64,000 nt of DNA from Halarcobacter sp. (lineage in GTDB: Bacteria > Campylobacterota > Campylobacteria > Campylobacterales > Arcobacteraceae), in NCBI GenBank assembly GCA_963676565.1, contig OY781089.1, positions 3,200,001 to 3,264,000 of the forward strand, given 5' to 3'. This document shows, in pieces, positions 20,174-30,311 of the stretch. Below the pieces are notes generated by a model. That model was not told the DNA's origin. It made no database searches and was given only the letters and a program-made list of their open reading frames with translations. A program made the position numbers and the translations under genes. Within the stretch, counting starts at the first letter, position 1, and each line of letters starts with the position of its first letter.

Positions 20174-21481
20174 TCAAAAAGTTTCTAACAGTTTAATAAT
20201 CTGTGATGATTTAAGCTTATTCCACCCTGTAAACTTGTATAAAACCAAGGAATCATTTTCAAAAATAAATTTACTGAAATTTTTTGATTCATCTTCTATA
20301 TACAAAGCTTTAGAGTTTGAATAGATATTAGAGTTTTCACTCTCCTTTGCGTTTGTAAATAAAACAACAGTTGGTATAAAAAAAGCCTCTGCAATATGGT
20401 ATGTTGAAGTGTCAACAGTAACAACTTTTGACATATTAGCAACAATATATGAGAAATCTAAAAAGTTTTGAGAAGAAGCTGATAAATCAACATATCTATC
20501 ATCATCAATCTTTGAGTCGATTTTAATTGTTGAAACAATGGTATATTCAGGTAATTCTTCAATCAAATCTTTTAAAATACGTACGGCTATCTCTTTTGGT
20601 ATTGATTTACTTAAATTTGCTGAATAAGGATGAAAAAGTATTGTTTCACCTTTAAGCTTTAATCTATTTATTTTCTCTTTTAATTCATTTTTTGCTTTAT
20701 ATGACCCAATATTTATAGTGTTAAATTTTTCCTTTTCATCAACTTTTCTATAGTCTATTCCAAGTTTATATAAAAAGGCATCGATTTTTGACAGATGTTT
20801 AAAATAACTTCTATTTGTTACTGAACTAAAATCTACAAAGAAATCATAGGCACAAAAAGATTTTACATCAACAGAAAGAGGATTAACGCTATTGATAAAA
20901 TCTTGATTAGAAAAAATCATTTTATCCCTAGAGTAAAATTTATTTTCTGAAGCATTCAAGTATATATCAAGTTTCACACTTTTGAATTTTTTTATCAGTT
21001 TTTCGTAAAAGATTCTTAATGAAGTACATCCACAAATCATTTCTGACATCGATAATCCAACATTTCCTAATATCATAATAGAAATATCTTTTTTTAGTGT
21101 TCCTTCTAATTGTTTATTTAAATCAACACTATCTTCATTTAGGTATGTTGATTTTATTTCATCTTCATTTATCTCTGCTTTATTTAAATTTTTATACGAA
21201 TAATCATATTTTTGAGTTAAAAAATGTTCATTTAAATTTGTAACCCCTAATTCCCTAGGAAATTGACTTAAATACCTTATTTTAGTTTCATCTATAACTC
21301 TAGCTTTATATTTAGCTCCAACATTTAAAAAAACTTTTTTTATATCTTCAAAGTCTTCAAATGTTGTTATATAAACAGTTTCATTAAAAAGATTAGATGG
21401 TCCCTTTAGTTTAGAATATTTAACTAAGGTACCATCAGTTGTTTTTATATTTATATTTTCAGTAACTCTAAATATAACCAT
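20174..21481 (-). CDS. Hypothetical protein with GT9 (heptosyltransferase-like) C-terminal domain
   Basis: LFHPYS...VVTVDTSTYHIAEAFFIPTVVLF resembles the GT9 nucleotide-sugar binding motif. Confidence 0.6.
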   Translation of the reverse strand: MVIFRVTENINIKTTDGTLVKYSKLKGPSNLFNETVYITTFEDFEDIKKVFLNVGAKYKARVIDETKIRYLSQFPRELGVTNLNEHFLTQKYDYSYKNLNKAEINEDEIKSTYLNEDSVDLNKQLEGTLKKDISIMILGNVGLSMSEMICGCTSLRIFYEKLIKKFKSVKLDIYLNASENKFYSRDKMIFSNQDFINSVNPLSVDVKSFCAYDFFVDFSSVTNRSYFKHLSKIDAFLYKLGIDYRKVDEKEKFNTINIGSYKAKNELKEKINRLKLKGETILFHPYSANLSKSIPKEIAVRILKDLIEELPEYTIVSTIKIDSKIDDDRYVDLSASSQNFLDFSYIVANMSKVVTVDTSTYHIAEAFFIPTVVLFTNAKESENSNIYSNSKALYIEDESKNFSKFIFENDSLVLYKFTGWNKLKSSQIIKLLETF

Positions 21482-21483
21482 TA

Positions 21484-22794
21484 TTAATTACTACATGCAC
21501 TTTCTTCTAATATCTCTTCAGTGTTTTCAACTCTAAGCATTGTTAAATAAGGTAATTTCCCTGGTAATTGGATTTTATTTGTATTTCCACTATGAACTGA
21601 TTCAAGTTCTTTTCCAGTTTCTGTTAAAATCTTTTTAAATGAAATATAGTATTTACCATTATCTTTTTTGTAGATTTTTCCTATCTCATTTTCACACTCT
21701 TCAATTTGAGAATTCAATGGGGCAAAAATCTCTGTCTCTTCATTTGGATAAGTTTTATATTTACACATAAAATGTTTCTCATCTGAAGTTACTAAACCAC
21801 TAACTTCATAGCTACCTTTACTTAATGCATACTCGTGGTTTTGTGTATTAGTTCTATCAAAAGGCCTATGTACTAAATATGCATCAGTAAACCCTCTATT
21901 CTTTGTTGTAGCTAATTCTTCTTGGTATTTATCTGCTTCAAATTTCCCAGCTTCATAATCATCAATTGCTTTTCTATATGCGTATGCTGTTACTGCCGCA
22001 TAATATGGAGATTTTGTTCTACCTTCAATTTTAATAGAATCAACTGCTCCACTTTCTAAAATCTCATCAACATGAGATGCTAAATTCATATCTTTTGCAT
22101 TAAAGATGTAAGTTCCTACACCTGGTTCTTCTTCAAGTCTAAATAAAGTACTATGGTCTTCATTTGCTGCGTATAAAGTATATTCAAATCTACAATCGTT
22201 GGCACAACTTCCTCTATTTGGAACTCTTCCCATTTGTACAGCAGACACTAAGCATCTACCACTATAAGCAAAACACATAGAACCATGAACAAAAATCTCA
22301 ATCTCCATATCAGGTAGATGTTGTTTAATCTCTTTTACATCTTTTAAAGATATTTCACGTGCAGCAATAATTCTTCTAACACCCATATCCCAAAATACTT
22401 GGGCATCTAAATAGTTTAATACATTTGCTTGTGTTGATAGATGAATTGGTATTTGAGGAGCTAGTTCTCTACAAAGTTTTACAACTCCAGGAGCTGCTAC
22501 AATAAATGCATCTGGTTCTAATTCTGCCATTTTAATAATATGTTTTTTTAATAAATCTATTTGAGAGTTAAAAGGGAAACCATTAATTGTCGCATAAACT
22601 TGCTTACCTCTAGCATGGGCATAATCAATACCCTCTTTAAAAGTTTCAAAGTTAAACTCTTTTCCACTTCTAATTCTTAAACTAAAGTGGCTTACACCAC
22701 CATAAACTGCATCGGCACCATAGGCAAAGGCAATTTTTAATTTTTCCAAATTACCTGCAGGGGAAAGCAGTTCTACTTTATTATTTTTATCCAT
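21484..22794 (-). CDS. trhP: U32-family protein, tRNA hydroxylation TrhP-like
   Basis: ELLSPAG, HGSMCFAYSGRC...NRGSCANDCR, KIEGRTKS. Start reassigned to ATG 22794. Confidence 0.85.
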   Translation of the reverse strand: MDKNNKVELLSPAGNLEKLKIAFAYGADAVYGGVSHFSLRIRSGKEFNFETFKEGIDYAHARGKQVYATINGFPFNSQIDLLKKHIIKMAELEPDAFIVAAPGVVKLCRELAPQIPIHLSTQANVLNYLDAQVFWDMGVRRIIAAREISLKDVKEIKQHLPDMEIEIFVHGSMCFAYSGRCLVSAVQMGRVPNRGSCANDCRFEYTLYAANEDHSTLFRLEEEPGVGTYIFNAKDMNLASHVDEILESGAVDSIKIEGRTKSPYYAAVTAYAYRKAIDDYEAGKFEADKYQEELATTKNRGFTDAYLVHRPFDRTNTQNHEYALSKGSYEVSGLVTSDEKHFMCKYKTYPNEETEIFAPLNSQIEECENEIGKIYKKDNGKYYISFKKILTETGKELESVHSGNTNKIQLPGKLPYLTMLRVENTEEILEESACSN

Positions 22795-22916
22795 CATATT
22801 CCTTTGTGTTTCCAAGACACTGTTTTTAAAACGTGATTATATCAAAAATTTCTATAGTTTAAAGTTTAAAAAAAATTAGTTAGATTTTATAAGATTTTAC
22901 TTATGAAGATGAAGAA

Positions 22917-22938
22917 GGAAAGCTTTTAAAAGCTTTCC
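22917..22938 (-). terminator. Palindrome overlapping the MCP stop codon
   Basis: Perfect 22-bp palindrome ggaaagcttttaaaagctttcc followed by a pyrimidine tract on the minus strand. Confidence 0.5.
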
Positions 22939-25832
22939 CATTCATCGTCATCATTATTGTTTGAAGTAATTGTTTTTGAAGTAGTTGTTGTTGAAACTTT
23001 TACAGGAGTTGGAGCTGTTGTTTTATTTTCAATCTTTGTTTCTACTTTAACAGGTTTTGGTCTTGAAATTTCTATATTTTTAGGCTCATTTTCTTTTCTA
23101 CCTTGAATAGAGCAATTTTCAGCTTTGATTCTATCCATTGCTCTAAATAATTCTTCAGTTGTAGTTTCTAATTCTGAAGATATTTTTTCTAATTCTTCAT
23201 TAGAAACTCTTTTTGAATTTAGATCAATATATTCACCAACTAAGTTATGAACTTTTTCATGGTATTCTTTCATTTTATTCCAAGAAGATGAATTACAAAA
23301 CTCTTTTCTTTGGCTTTCTTGTTCTAAAATCCATCTACCAAAATCACACTCTTTTGGCGAAGTTACATTCCAAGAATTAAAAGTTCCAACTTGTGCAAAG
23401 TTTTTGTTTTTGAAAACGATATGATCATTTTTTAGTTTTGACATTGTAAAAACTAAATCTACATCACAAATCTCTTCTTGTTTTCCTTTATCAAAATTTG
23501 CCCTTTCTGCAATATCAAGTAAACTAGCAGATAGTTCAGAAACTTCTGTTGCAAGATTACTAATTTGTGTTGCAGATGATGCATTAACTTGTGTTGCTTG
23601 GTCTAAAGAATTAATAACATCATTAATCTGAACAATACCTGTCTCTTGCTCTTTAGAAGCAGAATCAACATCTGCAATTAATTCAATTGTTTCACTAACT
23701 TTACTATTTAAATCAGAATATCCTTTAATCATATTATCAGCAATTGTTTTACCTTCATTTGCTTTTGTTGTAGCATTTTCAACTAAATTTTTAATCTCTT
23801 TTGCTGCTTCCGCACTTCTACTTGCAAGGTTTCTTACCTCTTGGGCTACAACTGCAAATCCTTTTCCAGCTTCCCCTGCTGTTGCTGCTTCAACTGCTGC
23901 ATTTAAAGATAGAATATTTGTTTGGAAAGCAATTTGATCAATAACAGTAATTGCATCATTAATAGCTTGAACTTGCGTATCAATATCATCCATAGCTGAA
24001 GTTGTTTTAGTTGCTAAACTTTCTCCATCACGTGCTGATTTATTTAAATCATTTGCTAAAATAGACATTCTATTTACTTTTTCATTACTTGATTTAATAA
24101 TTGATGTTATCTCTTCTACTGCTGCTGCTGTTTGTTCTAAAGATGCAGCTTGATCATTGGCTGAATCTGAAAGCTGACTAGAAGACGATGATAAGATATC
24201 GATATCTGCATTTAATTTTTCACCTGTTTTTGTTATCATTGATAAAAATTCTGATACTGTACCACCAAGTTCCCTTGTACTTGCAAATATTGAACCAATA
24301 ATACCATTAGAGCCTTTTTTAGCAGCTGTTAATGATGAATCGAAATTAGAATCTCCATACTCAAGTAAAACATTATTTATATCTTCTAATTTATCATTTG
24401 TTGAATCTATCATTGAATTAATTGATTCTCTTAGTTTTTGAATAGTAGGATTCTTTGATGTTTTTTCAACTTTATATACATAAAAACCATTTTTTATTTT
24501 TCTAATAACATCTTCTACTTCTTCAATCACTAAGGCATCTTGTGCATAGCCAGCTTTTAAGTTATCAACATAACCATTAAAGGCATCAACTAAAGATCCA
24601 ATCTCATCATCATTAGTTTTTCTTATTCTTTCACTAGTATCATTTCCTGAACCTAAATTTTCAACTGCTTCTTTTAAGTCTTCAATAGGTCTAATGATAA
24701 TTTTTTTAACTAAAAATGAATAAACTAAATAAATAATAATAATTGCTATAATAGTAAATACAGAGAAATAAATAATAATATCATTAATCTCTTTATCTGT
24801 TTTTTCTTGCATTGTTAAAATATTTTCTTCAATATCATCTACATAGGCACCAGTTCCTATAATCCAATCCCAAGGCTCGAACTTTTTCACATAAGAGTAT
24901 TTCAATTGAGGTGCATCTTTTCCTGGTTTTTCCCACATATAATCAACTAAACCACCTAGGTTTTCAGTTTTTGATACCTTAACCATTTCATTAAATAAAA
25001 ACTTTCCATTTGGATCTTTAACTTTTGATAGATTTTTACCATTTAATGATGGTTTTATAGGATGCATAATCATTTTTGGTTCTGAATCATTTATCCAAAA
25101 ATAACCACTTTTTCCATATCTCATTGCAGAAATAGATTTTAATGCCTCAGCTTTTAAATTTTCAGAAACATCAGAAACATATTCCCCTGTTCCTATAACC
25201 CATCCAAAAGGTTCAAAAAGTTTTACAAAAGATACTTTAGGTTGTGGTTTTTCAAATCCTGGTTTTGGCCAAACATAATCAACGAAACCTTCTTTACTAG
25301 CCTTTGCAACCGCTGCAAACTCTTTAAAGATTTGTTTTCCACCTTTATCTTTATAATTATATAAATCTTTCCCATCAAGTTGTGGCTTAATTGGATGCAT
25401 CACAATAACAGCATCTAAATCATTAATCCAGAAATAACCATTTTCCCCATATCTGGTACCCTGAACTATACTTTTTAGTCTTTGTTTTAATTCTTCTTCT
25501 GATAATAAATCTTTATTTTTTTCATATTCATGATTCAAAATTGAAAATATGAATTTCGCTTCAGATTTTAAAGTTTCTTGAACTTCAACTTTTACTTTAT
25601 CTATTGATGTTCTTTTATAATATGAATCAACAGTTTTTAAAGCTAATGAAACATAATTTTCAAGTTCTTTCTCCTTATTTGAGTAAGCCTCTTGTTTAAA
25701 GTTCTCAATTTTTTCTTTTGATACTTTTTTTAAAGTGTAAATTGACTGAGTTGCAATTAATACAGATACAATTACAATTGCAAGCAAAGATATAACTAAC
25801 AACTTTCCTTTGATTGATATTTTTGACAGCAT
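22926..25832 (-). CDS. Methyl-accepting chemotaxis protein with two Cache domains, HAMP, signalling domain, CZB domain and C-terminal pentapeptide
   Basis: Duplicated RYG..GYFWIND..MHPIKP repeats; [15 protein letters not shown]...CDFGRW...HEKVH; ends in EWESF. Confidence 0.93.
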   Translation of the reverse strand: MLSKISIKGKLLVISLLAIVIVSVLIATQSIYTLKKVSKEKIENFKQEAYSNKEKELENYVSLALKTVDSYYKRTSIDKVKVEVQETLKSEAKFIFSILNHEYEKNKDLLSEEELKQRLKSIVQGTRYGENGYFWINDLDAVIVMHPIKPQLDGKDLYNYKDKGGKQIFKEFAAVAKASKEGFVDYVWPKPGFEKPQPKVSFVKLFEPFGWVIGTGEYVSDVSENLKAEALKSISAMRYGKSGYFWINDSEPKMIMHPIKPSLNGKNLSKVKDPNGKFLFNEMVKVSKTENLGGLVDYMWEKPGKDAPQLKYSYVKKFEPWDWIIGTGAYVDDIEENILTMQEKTDKEINDIIIYFSVFTIIAIIIIYLVYSFLVKKIIIRPIEDLKEAVENLGSGNDTSERIRKTNDDEIGSLVDAFNGYVDNLKAGYAQDALVIEEVEDVIRKIKNGFYVYKVEKTSKNPTIQKLRESINSMIDSTNDKLEDINNVLLEYGDSNFDSSLTAAKKGSNGIIGSIFASTRELGGTVSEFLSMITKTGEKLNADIDILSSSSSQLSDSANDQAASLEQTAAAVEEITSIIKSSNEKVNRMSILANDLNKSARDGESLATKTTSAMDDIDTQVQAINDAITVIDQIAFQTNILSLNAAVEAATAGEAGKGFAVVAQEVRNLASRSAEAAKEIKNLVENATTKANEGKTIADNMIKGYSDLNSKVSETIELIADVDSASKEQETGIVQINDVINSLDQATQVNASSATQISNLATEVSELSASLLDIAERANFDKGKQEEICDVDLVFTMSKLKNDHIVFKNKNFAQVGTFNSWNVTSPKECDFGRWILEQESQRKEFCNSSSWNKMKEYHEKVHNLVGEYIDLNSKRVSNEELEKISSELETTTEELFRAMDRIKAENCSIQGRKENEPKNIEISRPKPVKVETKIENKTTAPTPVKVSTTTTSKTITSNNNDDDEWESF

Positions 25833-25863
25833 GAACCTTCCCATTTCCCATTATTTTGAACTT

Positions 25864-25892
25864 ATTATAATGCTAATATATTAAAATGTCAA
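25864..25892 (-). promoter_or_regulatory. Consensus sigma70 promoter TTGACA-N17-TATAAT for the MCP gene
   Basis: Plus-strand tgtcaa at 25887-25892 and attata at 25864-25869, exact 17-nt spacer. Confidence 0.75.
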
Positions 25893-25966
25893 GTAAGTTT
25901 GCACTTGTAAATAATTATTATTTTATTTTATGTTATTATGCTAAAATAAGAAACTAAAGGATTTTT

Positions 25967-27895
25967 ATGATTAAAAAACTATTTAAAAAAGCAACTATTG
26001 ATGATTTATTAAAAGAGTTGAAAAGTTCAACTTTTAAAGAAGATAAAGTTGATTCTATGCTTGAACACCTAAATATTAATCATATAAATCAAAATAATGA
26101 AAATTTCTTACATCTCATGATTTTAGATAATAAAATAGAATCAGCAAAATGGCTTATAAAAAGAGGAATAGATATAAACTATCAAGACTCAAAGGGAAAT
26201 TCACCTTTGATGTTAGCTTCTAAAGATGGCTTTTTAAGTGCAATAGATTTATTACTTGAAAAAAATGCCGATGTTAATTTGGAAAATTACAGTGGCTATA
26301 CAGCAATTGATTTTGCCGCATATAATGGACATTTTGTTGCATATAAGAAACTAAAACCTTTTGTTAAAGATTTAAATAAAAAAAACAAGAAGAATGAATC
26401 AATTTTACATTTTGCAGTAAAATCGCAAAATCTAGAAATTATAGATGACTTATTAGAGGAAAAAAGATTTATAAATGATGATTCTATATTATTTTATAAA
26501 GAATCATTTGAAAATATTAATGTTTTAAATACCCTATTAGATAAATTTGATAGTTTAAATAAATTAGATCACAATGGAAGGAATCTACTTTTTTATGTGG
26601 TTGAAAATGGTTTTGAATGCCAAAATATTTTCCTAAAACTTCTTGAAGAGGGTTTAGATATAAACTGTATTGATAATAAAGGGAATAATATACTTTTACA
26701 CTTAATTGAGTATATAATCTACAAAGAAAACAATCTAGTTATTGATACAAAAGAAGATGTTGAAAAACATAAAAAAGATATAAAAAATCTAATTGACATA
26801 ATTCCAACAATAATTGAATCGCAAATTGATACAACAATATCAAACAATAACAATGAAACTATATTATCACTTCCTGTAAAAAACCAACATCTAGTACTTT
26901 TAAATCTACTTTTAGATTGTGAAGTACCCATTGATGTAGTTGACAGGAATAATAATACAGCATTAAGTTTAATAATTGAAAAAGGAAATAGTTATCTTGA
27001 GACAACTCATATCTTGCTTGATTATGGAATAAATCCAAATATTAAAGATTCAAATAATCATACAGTAATAGAAAAGCTAATTGATGCAATTTTAATTGTT
27101 AGAGAAGAGAAAAAAGCTAGACCTATTCAAAGGAAGAACCTTGATTTTAAAAGTGATTATGTATCTATTCTAGAAAGTGTTTTAGTAAATACTGATGTTA
27201 AACTAAAACAATATAATTCAAAGGGTGAGCCATATTTTTTTGAAGCATTAAGGTATGGAGCAACTGACATTGTTAAGCTTTTAATAAAATATGGTGCAGA
27301 TATAAATGCTCAAGATAAAGATGGCAATAATATTATCTATAAATATATGTTAGAGAATCAAGAGTTTAAAAAAGAGAAAGAGCAAAAAAACTATTATAAC
27401 AATTTACAAGCAATAATCATTATGGGAGCAAATGTAAATGCAAAAGATTCTTATGGTGGAATCACTTTACATAAAGCAATATTAGACTGCGATATGACAG
27501 TAATAAAAATGTTGTTACACAGTGGTGTGGATATGAATGCAATTGATAATAGGGGAAGACATATATTACATAATGCTGTTTGGAAAAATGATATTAAAAT
27601 ATTTAAGCTTATTTATTCTTATAATAAATCTTTATTAAATGAGCCAGATAAATTTGGTGTCTTACCAATAAACTATGCAGCTTTTTTAGGATATACAGAT
27701 ATGGTATTAGAATTCATTGAACTTAGTGCCCACGTTAATAACCCTTATAAAAAGACAAAATATATTTTAAATTTTTTAAAAAAATTTCATAAAAATTTAG
27801 ATACTTTGATATTAAATGCAAGAACAAAAATCCAAAAAGAGAAAATAAAAATTTTAGTAGAAAATATGAAAAAGGAGTTTGAAGTTAATTCTTAA
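25967..27895 (+). CDS. Ankyrin repeat protein
   Basis: Many G-x-T/S-P/A-L-H/M...GADVN units along 642 aa. Confidence 0.92.
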   Translation: MIKKLFKKATIDDLLKELKSSTFKEDKVDSMLEHLNINHINQNNENFLHLMILDNKIESAKWLIKRGIDINYQDSKGNSPLMLASKDGFLSAIDLLLEKNADVNLENYSGYTAIDFAAYNGHFVAYKKLKPFVKDLNKKNKKNESILHFAVKSQNLEIIDDLLEEKRFINDDSILFYKESFENINVLNTLLDKFDSLNKLDHNGRNLLFYVVENGFECQNIFLKLLEEGLDINCIDNKGNNILLHLIEYIIYKENNLVIDTKEDVEKHKKDIKNLIDIIPTIIESQIDTTISNNNNETILSLPVKNQHLVLLNLLLDCEVPIDVVDRNNNTALSLIIEKGNSYLETTHILLDYGINPNIKDSNNHTVIEKLIDAILIVREEKKARPIQRKNLDFKSDYVSILESVLVNTDVKLKQYNSKGEPYFFEALRYGATDIVKLLIKYGADINAQDKDGNNIIYKYMLENQEFKKEKEQKNYYNNLQAIIIMGANVNAKDSYGGITLHKAILDCDMTVIKMLLHSGVDMNAIDNRGRHILHNAVWKNDIKIFKLIYSYNKSLLNEPDKFGVLPINYAAFLGYTDMVLEFIELSAHVNNPYKKTKYILNFLKKFHKNLDTLILNARTKIQKEKIKILVENMKKEFEVNS

Positions 27896-29433
27896 ACTCT
27901 TTTTTCATCTAAAAGATTTTTAGCAAAAGAAAATGCATCTTTTGTAACACTTTCTCCACTTATCATCCTAGCAATTTCATTTACCCTTGATTCATCATCA
28001 AGTTTTTTTACAGTAGAAACACCATCTTTCTTATCAACTAAAAAATGCTGATGTGCTGTTGATGTTAATTGAGGCTGATGTGAGATTGCAAATATTTGAT
28101 AAGAACTTGATAGTTTATTTAAAACTGTTGCAATTGCAGAACTTTCTTTTCCACTTAAATTTGCATCAATCTCATCTAAAAATAAAATTCCATTATTTAC
28201 AATATCAAACTCACTAATAGAAGTTAAAAGTGCAAGTCTAAGTCTGTTGAATTCCCCTGAACTAATTGTCTCAAGGTTTACACCATTTAACTCAAAAATA
28301 ATCTCATCGATTCCATCTTTTGTTAAACTTTTTTCTTCAACTTTTATTTTTGCATTAGAAAGGTATAAAAATTTTAAATAGTAATTCATTCTCTCTTCTA
28401 GTACTTTTACTGCTTTTTTTCTATATTTACTAATATCTTTTGATAGAGCTTCAACCTCTATAGTGATTTTTTTATGTTTTTTTTCTAATACTGATTTTTC
28501 AAAGGAGATATTTTCATAAGATTCTAACTCTTTTACTTTATTATCTCTATATTCAATTGCCTCTTCAATTGAACCAAATCTTTTTTGCAAAGATGAAAGT
28601 TTTTCAATTCTATCTAATACAGTTTCAATATCTAACTCTTCTAATTCATATAAAGAATCATTAAACTTTTCATAGATATTATTTAACTCATTAATAGCCT
28701 CATCAAAAAAACTACTATCTTCATCTAATAAAGATAATGTTTCATTAACTGCTGATGTGTAATTAAAAATAGCTTGTGATTTTTCAATTGATTCTTCTAT
28801 CTTTTCTTTTTTAGATAATTTCTTTTTAATTAAAGCTAAATCTTCATACTCTCCAATTTGTGGATTTATTGAGTTGATTTTATCTATCTCAAATTTGGCA
28901 AACTCTTTTAAATCTTCAAGTTTTGACTCATCATTTCTAATTTTTTCTAACTCTTTTTGAATAGTCGAAAGCTCTTGATACTTTTCATCAAATTGTAATT
29001 TTATTGAACCATAGTCTTTCTCATACTTTTTACAATAAAAGTCTAAAAAGGCAATTAATTTTATTGAATCAAAATCTGAGTTATCTTTCAAATGTAAATG
29101 TCTAATAAGTGTTTTTGAAAATTGATTTAGGTTTTTTTTAGAGATAGTTTGAGCATTTAAAAAATACCTAGTTTTATCTTTTTTTATCTCTTTGATTATA
29201 ATGTCATCATTTTTTTGTATATCATAAGCTTCATCTTCAATACCCATATTACTTAAAGTAATTTCACCAAGTTTTGCTTTACACTCACCTATTCCAAATA
29301 AAGATAAGATTGATTGCATTAAAACAGATTTTCCAGCTCCACTAGGACCTGTAAAAACGACTAAACCTTTTTCTAGCTCTAGTTCAACATCCTTAAATGA
29401 TAAAAAATCATTTAAATAAATTCTATTAATCAA
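27892..29433 (-). CDS. recN: DNA repair protein RecN
   Basis: TGPSGAGKS, coiled coil, SSGEFNR, FLDEID, ISHQPQ; lies downstream of NAD kinase. Confidence 0.92.
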   Translation of the reverse strand: MINRIYLNDFLSFKDVELELEKGLVVFTGPSGAGKSVLMQSILSLFGIGECKAKLGEITLSNMGIEDEAYDIQKNDDIIIKEIKKDKTRYFLNAQTISKKNLNQFSKTLIRHLHLKDNSDFDSIKLIAFLDFYCKKYEKDYGSIKLQFDEKYQELSTIQKELEKIRNDESKLEDLKEFAKFEIDKINSINPQIGEYEDLALIKKKLSKKEKIEESIEKSQAIFNYTSAVNETLSLLDEDSSFFDEAINELNNIYEKFNDSLYELEELDIETVLDRIEKLSSLQKRFGSIEEAIEYRDNKVKELESYENISFEKSVLEKKHKKITIEVEALSKDISKYRKKAVKVLEERMNYYLKFLYLSNAKIKVEEKSLTKDGIDEIIFELNGVNLETISSGEFNRLRLALLTSISEFDIVNNGILFLDEIDANLSGKESSAIATVLNKLSSSYQIFAISHQPQLTSTAHQHFLVDKKDGVSTVKKLDDESRVNEIARMISGESVTKDAFSFAKNLLDEKRV

Positions 29434-30302
29434 TTATTTCCCCACCCTAATTTTTCATTTAAAACTTTAAAGAAATCTCTTTTTGTTCTATGGATAAGTT
29501 TAGCCTTTTTATCTGCAATTGTAACTTTAATAATCGCTTCATTTTTTGCTTCTATAATATCTTGACCATCTATTAAAATAACAGCTCCTTGAGAATCTTT
29601 TATTTTAAATTCTATTTCTATTTCTGCTGGCATTACAAGTGGCCTTTGGGTCAAAGAATGAGATGCAACAGGAGTTATAATAAAAGCTTCAGTTAAAGGA
29701 TAGACAATTGGACCACCAACAGATAGGTTATATGCTGTTGAGCCTGTAGGTGTTGAGATAATTACACCATCACCATGATAAGAGTTAAAAGATTCACCAT
29801 TAATTTTTGCATTTACTTTTAACATAGATGAAACTGTTTTTCTAGAAAGTACTACATCATTAAAAGCTACATAGGTTTTATCACCAATTTTACACTCAAT
29901 TAACATTCTATTGTCAATTCTATAATTATCATTCATTAAATCATTTAAAAAAGAAGGTAGCTCTTCAAATACAATATCAGTTAGAAAACCTAAAGTTCCC
30001 ATATGAATACCCAAAATTGGAATATCATATTTAAAAGAACTTCTCACAACAGATAATAAAGTTCCATCGCCACCTATAGATAAAAGGATATCTGCTTCAT
30101 TACAAATCTCATCTAAACTTTTACCTTGGTCTTCATTAATCATCTTTGCTGAATTTTCTTCAAGAATAAATTCTATCTCATGAACATCAAAACATTTTTT
30201 TATTTTGTAAAAATCTTCTTTTATCTCAGGTGAATTAGGTTTTAAAAAAATCCCTGCCTTTTTTATAGATTTTAATCTTTCTGAACTTTTTGTTAATCTC
30301 AA
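29430..30302 (-). CDS. nadK: NAD(+) kinase
   Basis: GGDGTLL, GTLGFL, TPTGSTAY. Confidence 0.95.
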   Translation of the reverse strand: MRLTKSSERLKSIKKAGIFLKPNSPEIKEDFYKIKKCFDVHEIEFILEENSAKMINEDQGKSLDEICNEADILLSIGGDGTLLSVVRSSFKYDIPILGIHMGTLGFLTDIVFEELPSFLNDLMNDNYRIDNRMLIECKIGDKTYVAFNDVVLSRKTVSSMLKVNAKINGESFNSYHGDGVIISTPTGSTAYNLSVGGPIVYPLTEAFIITPVASHSLTQRPLVMPAEIEIEFKIKDSQGAVILIDGQDIIEAKNEAIIKVTIADKKAKLIHRTKRDFFKVLNEKLGWGNN

Positions 30303-30311
30303 TTAATTATC

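Noticed and set aside
25967..29433. Ankyrin plus SMC-like ATPase as a defence system
   Set aside because: The ATPase is RecN in its usual nadK-recN context, and the ankyrin gene is convergent, not co-operonic.
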